From positions 29,922,869 through 29,986,868 of the forward strand of contig NC_069000.1 in NCBI RefSeq assembly GCF_001194135.2: a stretch of DNA of 64,000 nt, in the 5' to 3' direction. The notes under the pieces were generated by a model. That model did not search any database. It saw only the letters and a program-made list of their open reading frames with translations, and was not told the origin of the DNA. Shown one piece after another: positions 37,592 to 50,575 of this stretch. The DNA comes from Octopus bimaculoides. Its lineage: Eukaryota. Each line of letters begins with the position of its first letter. The first letter of the stretch is position 1. Both the position numbers and the translations under genes were made by a program.

Positions 37592-38139
37592 TTAGACAAA
37601 CAAGGCATGTTCTCAAACTAACTGAGGCACATAGGTAAATATAAGTATTCCTGTGTGTTTTGTTCATAGGAATAAGGCTGACAGATAGAAAATGAAGTAC
37701 TCCATACTTGAGGAAAGAGAGTGTATTATATTCTTTACTTGGTGACTAGTTTACAAATTCAAGTAGAATTGAAACAAAATTAACTGCAAATTAAATCATG
37801 AGGGAAAGAATATAGGATATCTCTCTCTCCTTATATATNNNNNNNNNNNNNNNNNNNNNNNNNNNNNNNNNNNNNNNNNNNNNNNNNNNNNNNNNNNNNN
37901 NNNNNNNNNNNNNNNNNNNNNNNNNNNNNNNNNNNNNNNNNNNNNNNNNNNNNNNNNNNNNNNNNNNNNNNNNNNNNNNNNNNNNNNNNNTAGCTTGTTC
38001 ACTGGTATGCTGCGGTTTACCACAATGAGCATGACTCCCTCAGAGCAGTGAGTGTTAAACACCTGAAAGTCATAGACAGGCAAGACAACTCATCCCTAAT
38101 CCCATTCAGGAGTGATGGGTAGTGATATTTTACCATGCT

Positions 38140-38520
38140 ATGTGGTAAGTAGCTTGCATACCAACCACATGGTTCCAGGTTCAGTCCCACTGCGTGGCAC
38201 CTTGAGCAACTGTCTTCAGCTATAGCCTCGGGCCGACCAAAGCCTTGTGAGTGGATTTGGTAGACGGAAACTGAAAGAAGCCCATTGTATATATGTATAT
38301 ACATATATATGTATGTGTGTGTGCCTGTCCCCCCAACATTGCTTGACAACCGATGCTGTTGTGTTAATGTCCCCGTAACTTAGCGGTTCAACAAAAGAGA
38401 CTGATAGAATAAGTACGAGGCTTACAAAGAATAAGTCCTGGGGTCGATTTGCTCAACTAAAGGCGGTGCTCCAGCATGGCCACAGTCAAATGACTGAAAC
38501 AAGTAAAAGAGTAAAGAGTA
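38140..38520 (+). mobile_element. SINE family A, full length, young
   Basis: CpGs retained; near-consensus. Confidence 0.9.
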
Positions 38521-38522
38521 TA

Positions 38523-38556
<34 letters not shown>

Positions 38557-38559
38557 AGC

Positions 38560-38850
38560 ACATGGCTTAGTGGTTAGAGAATCAGGCTCACAATCACGAG
38601 GTAGTAAGTTCAATTTCTGGACCAGGCTGTGTTGTGTTCTTGAGCAAGACACTTTATTTCACGTTGCTCCCGTTCACTCTGCTTTAGAAATGAGTTGTGA
38701 CGTCACAGGTGCCAAGCTATATCGGCCTTTACCTTTCCCTTGGATAACACTGGTGGTGTGGAGAGGGGTGGCTTGCCTAGTTGGTGGGGGTGGTCATTTC
38801 AAGGCTAAAACAATGCAAACCATATTGTGACCAGCAATGTGTAACAACAG
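38560..38850 (+). mobile_element. Family D-related SINE (same head type, different 3' part)
   Basis: tggcttagtgg A box; cttgagcaagacactttatttcac. Confidence 0.65.
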
Positions 38851-38964
38851 CTGATAGTCTGGTTGGTCAGGTGATATATATATATATATATATATATATT
38901 GTAGTACCTTGGTTTTCAAACAACTCTGATCGCGAATAAATCGTGCTTTATATATAAATAGATA

Positions 38965-39104
38965 TCGTTGTCGTCGTCGTCGTTTAACGTCCGCTTTCCA
39001 TGCTAGCATGGGTTGGACGATTTGACTGAGGACTGGTGAAACCAGATGGCTACACCAGGCTCCAATCTAATTTGGCAGAGTTTCTACAGCTGGATGCCCT
39101 TCCT
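38965..39104 (-). mobile_element. Family C RTE-tail repeat (cut by gap)
   Basis: cgtttaacgtccgctttccatgctagcatgggttggacg. Confidence 0.85.
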
Positions 39105-40459
39105 NNNNNNNNNNNNNNNNNNNNNNNNNNNNNNNNNNNNNNNNNNNNNNNNNNNNNNNNNNNNNNNNNNNNNNNNNNNNNNNNNNNNNNNNNNNNNNNN
39201 NNNNNNNNNNNNNNNNNNNNNNNNNNNNNNNNNNNNNNNNNNNNNNNNNNNNNNNNNNNNNNNNNNNNNNNNNNNNNNNNNNNNNNNNNNNNNNNNNNNN
39301 NNNNNNNNNNNNNNNNNNNNNNNNNNNNNNNNNNNNNNNNNNNNNNNNNNNNNNNNNNNNNNNNNNNNNNNNNNNNNNNNNNNNNNNNNNNNNNNNNNNN
39401 NNNNNNNNNNNNNNNNNNNNNNNNNNNNNNNNNNNNNNNNNNNNNNNNNNNNNNNNNNNNNNNNNNNNNNNNNNNNNNNNNNNNNNNNNNNNNNNNNNNN
39501 NNNNNNNNNNNNNNNNNNNNNNNNNNNNNNNNNNNNNNNNNNNNNNNNNNNNNNNNNNNNNNNNNNNNNNNNNNNNNNNNNNNNNNNNNNNNNNNNNNNN
39601 NCATAAAAATTCTTGTTTTTTCCACTCTGGATGACTATATACTGAGGCAGTCACTCAAAAGTGGTTGAGCCTTTGTAGGCTCATACATTTCCCTCACTTT
39701 CTTCGTACATTGATCCATGTGTACATACACACACATTATATAAATAGCTGAAATCCCATTATAACAAATGCAAATATGATAAATTTTTTTATTTAGTTTT
39801 CAGTCTTTAAATCTTAAAATTAATCTTATAATAAAGTTGATTACAGTGAATATTTTAGTACCACATAATAAAATAAAAAAGATGTGAAAGTCATTATTGG
39901 AATGTTCCTGATCAAACTAGAATTTGATAAATAAATTCTGATTCGTTGTTGAACAGAACATCGAAATGTGAATATTTTTAGCACATAATCTTTATGATTT
40001 CCTTTTTGTTTTTGATTTTTGCATTCTTGTAATGAATTTTTTAAAACTCTCTCTAATGCATTATAACGGTATTTAATCCCTCTCTGTCCATTCATTTAAA
40101 CACCTCTATGCCCATGCTAATATGAGTAAACATGCTTCAATTACGATTTTACAGCCAAACACTCTTCCTGTCACCACCTTTACCTGTTGTTTTGGATGGA
40201 TGCATGGATAGATGGACAGATAAGTAAATAGATAGGGACTGTTGATAGATCTTTAAATGAATAATTAAATCAATTGGAAACATTTCTTGTTACAGTTTTG
40301 AATCAAAGCATTGGTATGGGTGCTGGTTCCACATAAAAAAAGCAACTGTACTAGCCCCTATCTCTCTAACACCACTCGTCAAGGCACCCATCATTGTCCC
40401 TATTATATCACTAACTCCTTTACCTGCACTTCTAGCAACATCATTTACTGCATCTCCTT

Positions 40460-40858
40460 TATTTACGGAAGATGGGGTGCCTTGTCACACAGCTAAAATG
40501 ACCCAGGATTTGTTGGATGAGAATGGTATTAAAAAGCTTCGATGGCCAAGCCAGTCATCAGATATAACACCTCTGGGACATAAAGGACAGGACACTTCAT
40601 AAAAGAACAAGAAAGCATCTTCAAAGCCAGATCCTTTGAGATTACTGCATGAAACTTGGTAAGAAATCCCACAAGAGAATATTCATCTGATCATTAACAT
40701 ACCTAATAGGGTCCTTGTATTAAAAAATGCAAAGGGAATGTCCACTAAATATTAAATATTCACACTATAACAATAAATAATCTGAATGAATAATTTCAGA
40801 TTGAAATAAATTTTAATGATTATAAGGGTGTCTATTTACTTCTGTCATGTCTATGTAC
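40460..40858 (+). mobile_element. Tc1-type (DD34E-like) transposase C-terminal fragment
   Basis: EDGVPCHTAKMTQDLLDENGIKKLRWPSQSSDITPL ... EIPQENIH ... NAKGMSTKY*; probable 3' TIR gggtgtctatttacttctgtcatgtctatg. Confidence 0.75.
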
Positions 40859-41449
40859 ATACATACATATATGTATATACATACATATATATATATATTA
40901 TACTATATATATATAACACTTAGGCATGCCACCACTTAACAACTGGTGTTGATTTGTTTACAGACTTGCAACTTAAAAGTTCAGCAAAAGCGAACATTAA
41001 AATAAGTACCAATCTTAAAATAAAAACAAAAAACATAAGAACTAGGAGTCAATCTATTTTACTGAAAACCCTTCAGAGAGGTATTATCTCAGCATGGCCA
41101 CAGTTCTACAGTCCAATGACTAAAGCAAGTAATTTCAATCCTGGAATAGTTTAGGTTAACTTCACCCCTGCCATCTTCAGAATGTGTAGCTGTGCAACAA
41201 AATTATCATCATCACCATCATTACAACATTAAGAAATATTTTATGCCGTCTGTCTGACTGTCTATACTTCCATGTATGACTATATGTTATTTCACATTAT
41301 AGATATTCTACCAAAATTATTGAAATAATTTGATATTCTACTTCCTCAATTCCAACTTACTTCTTCCTCTACTGTTTCTCTTAGTTGTTTATATATCTCT
41401 GGTCTGGTTACACATACACTCCATCAGTACTAAGACTCTACCAAATATA

Positions 41450-41496
<47 letters not shown>

Positions 41497-41691
41497 CCAA
41501 ACATAATACAGGATTCGCACAACACGCACAATCAAGGATGTGGAGTTTTGGAGTCAGAATCAGAAGCTATCATTAGGACACTAGGGTTGGAGTCGATTTA
41601 TTTTTACCAACTGATCAAATGTAAAATGTAATGTCATTCATTCAAATTTTAGCTGCACAAATACTAATTTGCAAAATAGTCAAATCAGACT

Positions 41692-41868
41692 CAACTCTTT
41701 AGCATTTGGATTTCTCTGACAAATGTAATGCTTATTTAGTCACATTTTTTGAATTTATCTTGCATTATCTCCTAGCTTTGAGATTCCAATAGTGTAGAGG
41801 TTAGATCTCACCAGTGTGAGTATAAATATTTGGGCCAGAAATGGTTGGCTTAAATGCTAAAAGGTTAA
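41692..41868. mobile_element. M1 MITE, internally deleted
   Basis: caactctttagcattt ... aatgctaaaaggttaa. Confidence 0.75.
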
Positions 41869-42229
41869 GGGTCTCTATGAAAGAAGATTAGATTATAGCA
41901 GTTCTGTTTCTAAGAACAGAATATTGGTAAATTTTGGATTAGGATTTGATTTAACCCTTATTCTAAAGATATAATATTTCTTTAATAAATTTTGTAGGAA
42001 TAAACGTTTCATTCTTTACAGTATAAGTTTTACTTCATTTAATACAATGTTTCATGTACATTCACTTTAATTCAAACAATGCACTTCTCTTTAAAAAGAA
42101 AGGCTATGTTCTAATTGAGCTTATTTCTTTAAACTGGTCATTTACATAGATGTTCTTGATTTACTTCTATAGTATTTTTATAGATTATTTCTTTTTGTCT
42201 ATTGCTTGACTGCTTGTAACTTTTTTAAA

Positions 42230-42277
<48 letters not shown>

Positions 42278-42353
42278 CACACACACACACACATATATAT
42301 ACACACACACACATAAATACATATACACACACATACACACACACACACATATA

Positions 42354-43580
42354 CAGGGGTTGGACAAAATAATGGAAACACCTAGCATAATAGCATCATA
42401 ATTTTGAAATATCTATAAAAACCATCAAAAGCTTGTTTATTTTTATGTTTTTCGATTCATTATTAGTGTTGCTTAATATGTTTTGCTAAAATTGCTGTTT
42501 CTTTTCAGATATCATCAGGAAAAGGTAATTAAAATTCATTTAAATGACAAGTCTATTGGGCTTTCAAAGAGGTCAAATTGTTGGTACTTGTATGACAGGT
42601 ACTAGCACAACGAAAACAGTCAAAATGTTTGGTGTATCAAGAAGTACTGTCTCAACAGTAATGATAGCCTTTGAGAAAGAGGGAAAACCTCCTCATCGAA
42701 ACAAAACTCCAGAAGAAAACCAAAACTTTCAGATAGTGACTGCTGAACTCTTACGCGAATTGTTAGAAAGGATCACAAAAGCACAGCTCCCAAAATTACT
42801 GCAGCGCTTAATGACCACATCAAGAATCCAGTTTCCACAAAATCTGTTCGCCGAGAGCTACACAAAGCCGGATTTCATGGAAAGGCTGCAATAAGAAAAC
42901 CACTACTTTCAAAAACAAATATTGCAAAACATTCAGAGTGTAGTAAAAACCTACAGAATTGGTCTCTAGAGCAGTAGAAAAATGTTATATTTTTGGATGA
43001 GTCATCCTTTACCTTATTTCCGACCAGACTGCCTTCTTCCAACTGTTAAACATGGAGGAGGATCTGTGATGACCTGGGGGAGGGGGGGGCTATATCTTGG
43101 AAATCCACCAGCCCAATGGTTTCACTTCATGGCAGAATTAATAGTCAAGACTATTTAAACATTTTATCTGATCAAATTTATCCTATGGTTGCGGAACTGT
43201 TTCCAGAGGCAAATGCCATCTTTCAGGATGATAATGCAGCAATTCACACAGCTAAAGTTGTTACTGAATGGCACAAGGAACGTTTTTGTGAAGTTGAACA
43301 TCTTGTCTGGCCACCGCAGTCCCCAGATCTCAATATTATTGAACATTTATGGTGCATTTTAGAAAAACAAGTAAGGAGTCAATATCCTCCACTATCATCA
43401 GTACAAGAACTAGAAACTGTTTAAGCTGAAGAATGGACAGAAATTCCTTTGGAAACAATTCAAACTTTGTACAAGTTCATACCTTATAGAATTCAAGCTG
43501 TAATTACTGTCAAAGGTGGTCCTACCCCATATTAAAATAAATTTGTTTGAAATTGTTTCCATTATTTTGTCCAACCCCTG
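42354..43580 (+). mobile_element. Full-length (1227 bp) Tc1-like transposon with DD36E spacing (Incomer-like); transposase pseudogene 42544-43535
   Basis: TA TSDs; perfect 27-bp TIR CAGGGGTTGGACAAAATAATGGAAACA; FQRGQIVG, FLDES, FQDDNAAIH-..-WPPQSPDLNIIE (36 residues between D and E), KGGPTPY*; frameshifts, stops and an internal deletion near 43025. Confidence 0.95.
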
Positions 43581-43583
43581 TAG

Positions 43584-43619
<36 letters not shown>

Positions 43620-43656
43620 ATACATACACACATACACACATATATATATACACACA

Positions 43657-44000
43657 GGTGTATGCATGGCTGTGTGGTAAGTTTGCTTCCCAACCACATG
43701 GTTCTGGATTCACTTCCACTGCGTGGCACCTTGGGCAAGTGTCTTTTACGATGTAGCCTTAGGTCAACCAAACCCTTGTGAGTAGATTTGGTAGAGGGAA
43801 ACTGAAAGAAGCCTGTCATGTGTGTGTGTATCTTTGTGTCTGTGTTTGTCCCCACCACTTCACAGCTAGTGTTGGTGTATTTACATCCCCATAGCTTAAC
43901 TATTCAGTAAAAGAGACTAACAGAATAAGTACCAGACTTAAAAGAAAATAAGTACCGGTGTCGATTAGTTTGTCTAATGACTGAAACAAGTAAAAGATGA
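43657..44000 (+). mobile_element. SINE family A
   Basis: aggtgtatgcatggctgtgtggtaag...aatgactgaaacaagtaaaaga. Confidence 0.85.
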
Positions 44001-44492
44001 CAGATATATATATATATATATAAATGCAAGTTTCAAGGATTGAGGTGTAGGAAAAAGGTTATCTTCAAGCAAACCGTAGAAAATATAAAAAAACAACTTT
44101 TAGGAACAATAGTGGTTTATTAAGGTGAAAGGTTGTGGATTTTTTCTATATTGAAGTATGGCAAGCTGAAAAATCTGTTTTATATTTCATGGTAGGCAGG
44201 CAGGGTTGCCAAGTTGTAAATAAAATACAAGAGTTAGGGAATGGAGGAGATAATATCTGGGTTGCATATGTTTCATAGCAAGTGGAACTTTGGAAGAAGT
44301 GTATATTGCAGGCTACTCTTCAGGCCAAAGGTATCTTGACTGAATGAAGTTTTTACATTGTCGTAATGCGGTAATGTCAACACATGAAGAGTAGCATGCA
44401 GTATACACCTTGCTTGGATAGTTACCACTTCCAATGTTACACTACTATGAAACGTATGTAGCCTGGATATTATCTGCTCCATTCCTTAACTC

Positions 44493-44493
<1 letters not shown>

Positions 44494-44567
<74 letters not shown>
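44494..44567. repeat. (GT)n microsatellite (others at 2858-2911, 9218-9271, 21296-21347; (AG)n at 4158-4223; (TA/CA) mosaic at 61620-61947)
   Basis: Direct reading. Confidence 0.9.
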
Positions 44568-44587
<20 letters not shown>

Positions 44588-45819
44588 CATATGAATATGT
44601 ATGTATGTATATATATATGTCTATAAAGAGCCATAACAACAAAGTTGTAACCTTTAAACCCAAACTTTAGCAGATTTGTGTTTAAAAATAACTTAATGGC
44701 TGGAACTGACCATGATTGCTGTGTTTTCAATCAATACATGATTAGTCTTGTTACAAAAGAGTCAGAAGCAAAGTTTTTGGGTAGTGACTCCACAGCCTTG
44801 CACACAAACACACAATACTCATACAACGCTCAGTTACTTGACCTGCCAGATATAGCAACCAAACAGCTTTCAAAACACACTAAACTGTCTTGGAAGGCTG
44901 GATGTTGAACATAGTTTAATATATATAAGGAAAGTAAGGATGGTCATAGGTGAATGTCTTTGGTCACAAGTATGAGCTGTGGCTGAACAACATAGAATAG
45001 AAAACCTCACCTATGCACATACATTAAACCTCAGCACTGCCATCACACACACACACACACACACAAGTATTACATTAGAGAGTATTTTAAACTAGGGAGG
45101 GTGTAGTGGGACAAAGATATGAAGTTTACGTGTAACAACTTCAGTTATCTTCATATATATACATAACCACAACCACTACCACCACTAACACTGCCAGCCC
45201 ATCTACACTAATTACCTCAGATGGAAGCAGTTGATGTTTTAGGGTATCGGGAAGGTATGTAATGTTTATATCTATCTTATCTCACATATGTCAAAGGTAT
45301 TAAGCATTGCCTAGTTACCTTTGAGAGGATGAGGCATAAGAGAGAAAAGATTTAAAATGAAATGATAACAGTGATAATACAAATGGGTTCAGCAGTGATA
45401 TCACTCATGTATTCGGCAATGATACCAAAATGGGTATGGGATCATAAAGAAAAAATCTACTAAAGCTATTCTAAGAAGAGGCAAATTAATTGAAACTCAA
45501 AGCATTAAGTTAGATTTAGAGATTGAAATCAAAGAATTAGAATAGAACCACTCATAAAAGTAGGAAGGTGAAAAAGAAATAAGATGTAAAGAAAAAAACA
45601 TAAAAGAGAAAATTATAAAAGTTTGCTTAAAAAACAATTGAAGGCTGCCAGAGATGACATTATTGTTGTAAATACATTAACTGTCTCAATAATAAACTTT
45701 AAATTCAATATCATAATGTATAGGAAATTAAGTGATTTGAAGAGGTTTGACTGGCCCAAACTATAGAGTTCTGGATTAACTAACTTACATTTTATATAAA
45801 TATATAAAAGAAAGGGATA

Positions 45820-46044
45820 TTAACTCTTTAGCGTTTAAAATGGTCTCATGTGACCAAAATATCCTATCTGTTTCCTTTTCAAGCCAGTCAGATCTGGCCT
45901 CTTACAGCTGCCCTACAATATCATTCTAAAAACAGATGATCACACCAAAATCTTGAAGCCACAAGAAAATGCACGATTAATTTAAAATGATGTGCATTAA
46001 TAAACATTACAATTGACAGACTAACCTGAGTGCTAAAGGCTTAA
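45820..46044. mobile_element. M1 MITE
   Basis: ttaactctttagcgttt ... gtgctaaaggcttaa. Confidence 0.75.
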
Positions 46045-46529
46045 ACAAAGAGAAACTATTACAAAATAATGTTAGTGGTAATAGAGAAATATTTAAAAAC
46101 AAAGTACAGAGTTAATACACAAATCTTTGATCAACTCCAACTCACCAATTTAAGAAAATCTGAATATAGAAAATTTAACACATTATATTACAATTCACAT
46201 ATAGGTGGAGTCAGTTCCTTTTTACTGACTCCAACTCCCAAATCATTGCCTACAACTGACTGCAACTTAAATAGCACTACTTAAGATTAATTAAAAGGTA
46301 GAGTGATTAGTATAAGGCAACAAGGAAAAAACTATATATGTAATCTGTTCTCTATGGACAAAGTAAAACAAAGCAGAAACTAGAAGTTAAGTACATGAAA
46401 AGGGCTGGTAAAATGTTCAGATAGTACTAAACAAGGATTAAATGAAAGTGAATCAGAATACACTAATGTAAATGGACAGAATCCCGTAAGACTAGACAGA
46501 GAGCAAGTGAATCAATAATTTTTCCTGCT

Positions 46530-46730
46530 ATTGGCAAGAGGCCAGTAATTTGAGGAGAGGGGTTAAGTTAATTACATCGATTCCGGTACTTGACCAATAC
46601 TTATTCCATTGACTGTGAAAAGATGAAAGACAAAGTGAACCTTGGTGGAATTGCAACCCAGAACAAAGATAAAAGAAATGCCACTAGGCATTTTGTCCAA
46701 CAGGCTAATGATTCTACCAGCTAACCAAAG
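46530..46730 (-). mobile_element. SINE family B, degenerate
   Basis: ttggcaagaggccag...gctaatgattctaccagc. Confidence 0.7.
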
Positions 46731-47239
46731 ATCTGGGCTAAAGACACACATGGAAGGTCTGAATTTAGATGCTCAGGATCAGTGTCCAAATATAATAAAA
46801 ACTACCAAATTAACATTACAGACTATGTAATTAACACATTGTAGCATTTAACTAAATCATTTGTGGTTGCACAGTTTTAGTAGGTAGTTATATCTATTGA
46901 ATAATATACATACACTTCCATATGAAAATAGAAAATGAATGCCAGAGGTGAGTGTGACAATAACAAGGGTATGATAATGTGGGACAAACAATGAGATGAA
47001 AGTAAACCTCTCCCACCAAGTATCACAAACAGAATGGAAAAACAATGTATGCACTCCGAAAGATATTTTAACATCATTAAGGACCAAGTCATAAGATTTC
47101 AAAGTACAAAATTTGGACACAAAACACTGTCAAATCACTAACACAACTTACACAGTAGACATTCTTCGCAACATAACTTACAAAATACATATTTTACAGA
47201 ATCACCATATAATACTACTGTACAATAACAATTCATACA

Positions 47240-47600
47240 GTACATCATTATCACCATTTAGCGTCTGTTTTCCATACTGGCATGGGTTAGATAGTCTGAC
47301 TGGAGATTGTAAGCTGGAGAGCTGCACAAGGCTCCAGTCAGTTTTGGTTTCGTTTCTACAGCTGGATGCCCTTCCTAATGCCAACCACTTTACAGAGTTT
47401 ACTGGGCGTCTTTTACGTGTCACCAGCATGCCACAGGTGCAGTTTATGAGTCACTGGCACGGGTGCCTTTTATGTGTCACCAGCACAAGTGCCTTTTACA
47501 TGTCACCAGTATGGTTGCCTTTTACGTGTTCTGGCACAATTGCCTTTTATGTGTCAACGGCACTGGCCACAACCATGATTTCACTTAGCTTGATGTGTCT
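47240..47600 (-). mobile_element. Family C RTE-tail repeat with internal ~25-bp subrepeats
   Basis: ttccatactggcatggg...gctggatgcccttcctaatgcc; repeated cttttacgtgtcaccag. Confidence 0.8.
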
Positions 47601-47665
47601 GAAACACAACTTACACAATTATTTCCTAATGCTACGCATCTTTTCACAACAAACATAGGGACACA

Positions 47666-47893
47666 TTAACTCTTTAGCAATTAAACCTGCCATATCTGGC
47701 CCAAATATTCTACCTGTTTTACGCTCAAATTGGCCAGATCTGGCCTCTCACATCTACCCTACAACAACATTCTGAAACTATACAATCACATCATTGAAAT
47801 TTCAAAGTTATAAGATTAAGTATGATTAATTTGAAGCAATGTGAATAAATAAGCATTACATTTGGCAGAATAATCAGAATGGTAAGGGGTTAA
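47666..47893. mobile_element. M1 MITE
   Basis: ttaactctttagcaatt ... aatggtaaggggttaa. Confidence 0.8.
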
Positions 47894-48204
47894 AAAGATT
47901 TTTGAATGTGTCCTTATGGAAAACTTTAGTTCTCACTCAAATCACACCTCATCATCTTAAGAGGGGTACATTAGATAATGTAATCCTAGGTACCTTCAGA
48001 AATATAAGATGGTCATGACAGATCCTTATATACCAATCTAGGAGAGACAGAATGTAAAAGAGACTTTGGTAAAATTTAAACTAAGTCCACACTGGGATGT
48101 AAAAGGGACTTTGGTAAAATTTAAACCAATTCCATACTAGGATGTAACAAAATGCTTAATGTCTGCTATTCTTCAGATAATCCCATCTACCAGCTTTAAT
48201 AATA

Positions 48205-48418
48205 TTGGTTTCAAATTTTAGCACAAGGCCAGTAAAGGAAGGAAGTAAATTGACTACACTGATCACAGTGTTCAATTGGTACTCATTTTATTGGCTTAAC
48301 CCAAAAGGATGAAAGGCAAAAATTGACCTGTGGAATTTGAATTCAGAATGTAAAGATAGACGAAGTGCCACTAAGCATTTTGCCAGGCATGCTAACAACT
48401 GCTAGCCTGCCACCTTAA
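48205..48418 (-). mobile_element. SINE family B
   Basis: ggtttcaaattttagcacaaggcc...ctgccacctt. Confidence 0.8.
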
Positions 48419-49233
48419 ACCAGCTTTAATAATATTCATAATAGCAATGATTTCTAATTTTGATTCCATGGTCACAAATTTATTGGGGGTAGTGGTGAAG
48501 AGATGCTTTATCTCACTGCTTTGGGTGAACTGTGACTTATATATGTTGGATGTCCACACCCAGAAAAATAGTTTTTTTATAGCTAAGAGGAGGAAAGAAA
48601 ACATTTAGGTTGTTTTTTGCTGAACTCGGTAGAAAGGGAGAAAGGAAACCTCATTCACAGTCGGAAGCAAACTGTCAGCATATCAAATTATTCACAAACT
48701 GGAAACTTGGTCTGAATGCTTTCAACATTTGGACTCCCAATAAAAGCACCCAATGACCAAATTAAGTTTACCAGCAAAGAACAGGTACAGTCCATCTGAA
48801 GTGAATGTGCAGTTTCTACAATGAGATGAGATGTCTGTTGTGGATTTGATTATCCCACCCCTATACACTTGAACCAGTACTTTCATTAGCATATTTATTC
48901 TGACCTTTATTTGCTAGATCCACTATATATGAATACATTTCAACACATATCATCATCAGCATCATATAACACTTGTCTTCCATGCTCACATGGAAAGAAA
49001 AATGGTCAGGTTTATTTTATGGTAGGCATATATCCATATTTTCCTTGGTATATTTACCATTTATCTTCCAAAATCTTCAATCAGAAGGGATGGCTGACAG
49101 AATTCAGATCCCAGGTTATATATTGATCTATATTTAAACACAGTGTGTGTGTGTGCGTGTGCGTGTGCGTGCGTGCGCGCGCGCGTGTGTGTTGTGTAAA
49201 TATATATAAAATTCTTAAAGAAAAATGTTGTTG

Positions 49234-49278
49234 ACAGTGACTTCACAGTTTTGGCCAGGTAAACCATCATCAGACTGT
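49234..49278 (-). ncRNA. Type I hammerhead-ribozyme-like relic (G12 to A)
   Basis: acagt-CUGAUGA-u-ggu..gcc-AAAA-cu-guga-ag-UC/acugu: 5-bp stem I, short stems II and III, GUC cleavage triplet. Confidence 0.6.
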
Positions 49279-50239
49279 GATATATTAGAGTTCGTCTTGC
49301 CCTTATATAGTCTCTGTTGAGTTAAAATCATTTTTAGCTGTGTGGGTTTTAGTGGGGTAGTAATTAGTTTTTTATGGTTGTTTGTTACAGAAAAGTGTTT
49401 CGGAAATATTTGACGTCATGAGAATTGATAAACTTTCCAACATGAAATAATTCTTTTTGGGAATTGGATCTTGAAGCATGTAAATGCTATAAATAATAGC
49501 ATGTAAATAAATATTGAGTTGAAAAGCCCTTTTGGGTACAAAAAATTGAAGACTGCTCATGAGACCTTTTTCTATTTAAAAGGGTTTTCTAACTCAATAT
49601 TTACAAGCTATTATTTATAGAATTTATATATTTTGAGATACAAATCCAAACAATTATATATAAAGGTGATATGATATATTTAAAAGGCCATGTTATGTAT
49701 CACCTATCTGGTTTGCTGCTTCATTCAGTCTGAAAAGTAGGAAGCTAGTGAGACAGAGAAAGTAGACAAGTATTAAAAGAGTAGGTGTCAACAAGGAATC
49801 ACATTTCAAAACAACCAAACCAACTGGATATGAGAGATAGCTAATGTCTAAACTACTGCTCACCTTGAAATTACAAACTGAAAATTAGGAAGATTAACGA
49901 AAATTCATAGGATTGAGTGTTGTATTAAATATTTTTACACTAAAATTTATATTTTTATAATTTATTGCATGCACAAATAAATTAGGGTTATCATATATGA
50001 ACATTCAAAAACTGAAGATGCTTTGGCACTACAACATTGGTGTAGCTGTGTTCATTCATTTTCTATGCCTACATAACATTTATGTGTGTGTATGTATACA
50101 TGTATGTATATATACACACACGAACACATTTGTGCATGTGTATATATAATTATATAAATATATATGTGTGTGTGTGTATGTATGTATATACTTACATACA
50201 TACATACATACATACATACACAATAGTGTCTGTGTATGT

Positions 50240-50575
50240 CTTGGCTTAGAGGAAAGTGACCCTGGCAGAAGCTAAGACTGCGATTTAAGGACTGTGTAAA
50301 GTCTTCATTAAAGGCTTGTGAAATGCAGGAGGCTGACTGAGAGAGCGATGCTTGTCATTGCCATGGGTGGAGGAAACAGGTAAAGGACGGAATTGATACC
50401 TTTGAGAGAGCACATATTCTTTATGGAGAATTTAAGCGTACTGTTCGAAAATGCACTGTTAGTGCAATGAATGGGGAAAGCTTGGTCAGAAATGTTTGCA
50501 GTCGCACATGTTTGTAAAGAGCAGGGCTCGTAAGTCACCAATGGAGCCGCAAGTGTAAAGTATAAGGTAGTCTTG
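50240..50575 (+). mobile_element. RTE/BovB-like LINE ORF2 C-terminus
   Basis: LRFKDCVKSSLKACEMQEAD*ESDA..GWRKQVKDGIDTFE..LVRNVCSRTCL*RAGLVSHQ (decayed C2H2-like end). Confidence 0.7.

Noticed and set aside
45313-45352. Polypyrimidine tract + aAG|GTaact (recursive-site-like)
   Set aside because: AAG acceptor and weak donor; expected by chance.
48051-48145. 45-bp tandem duplication
   Set aside because: Looks like a duplicated decayed SINE B fragment; routine.
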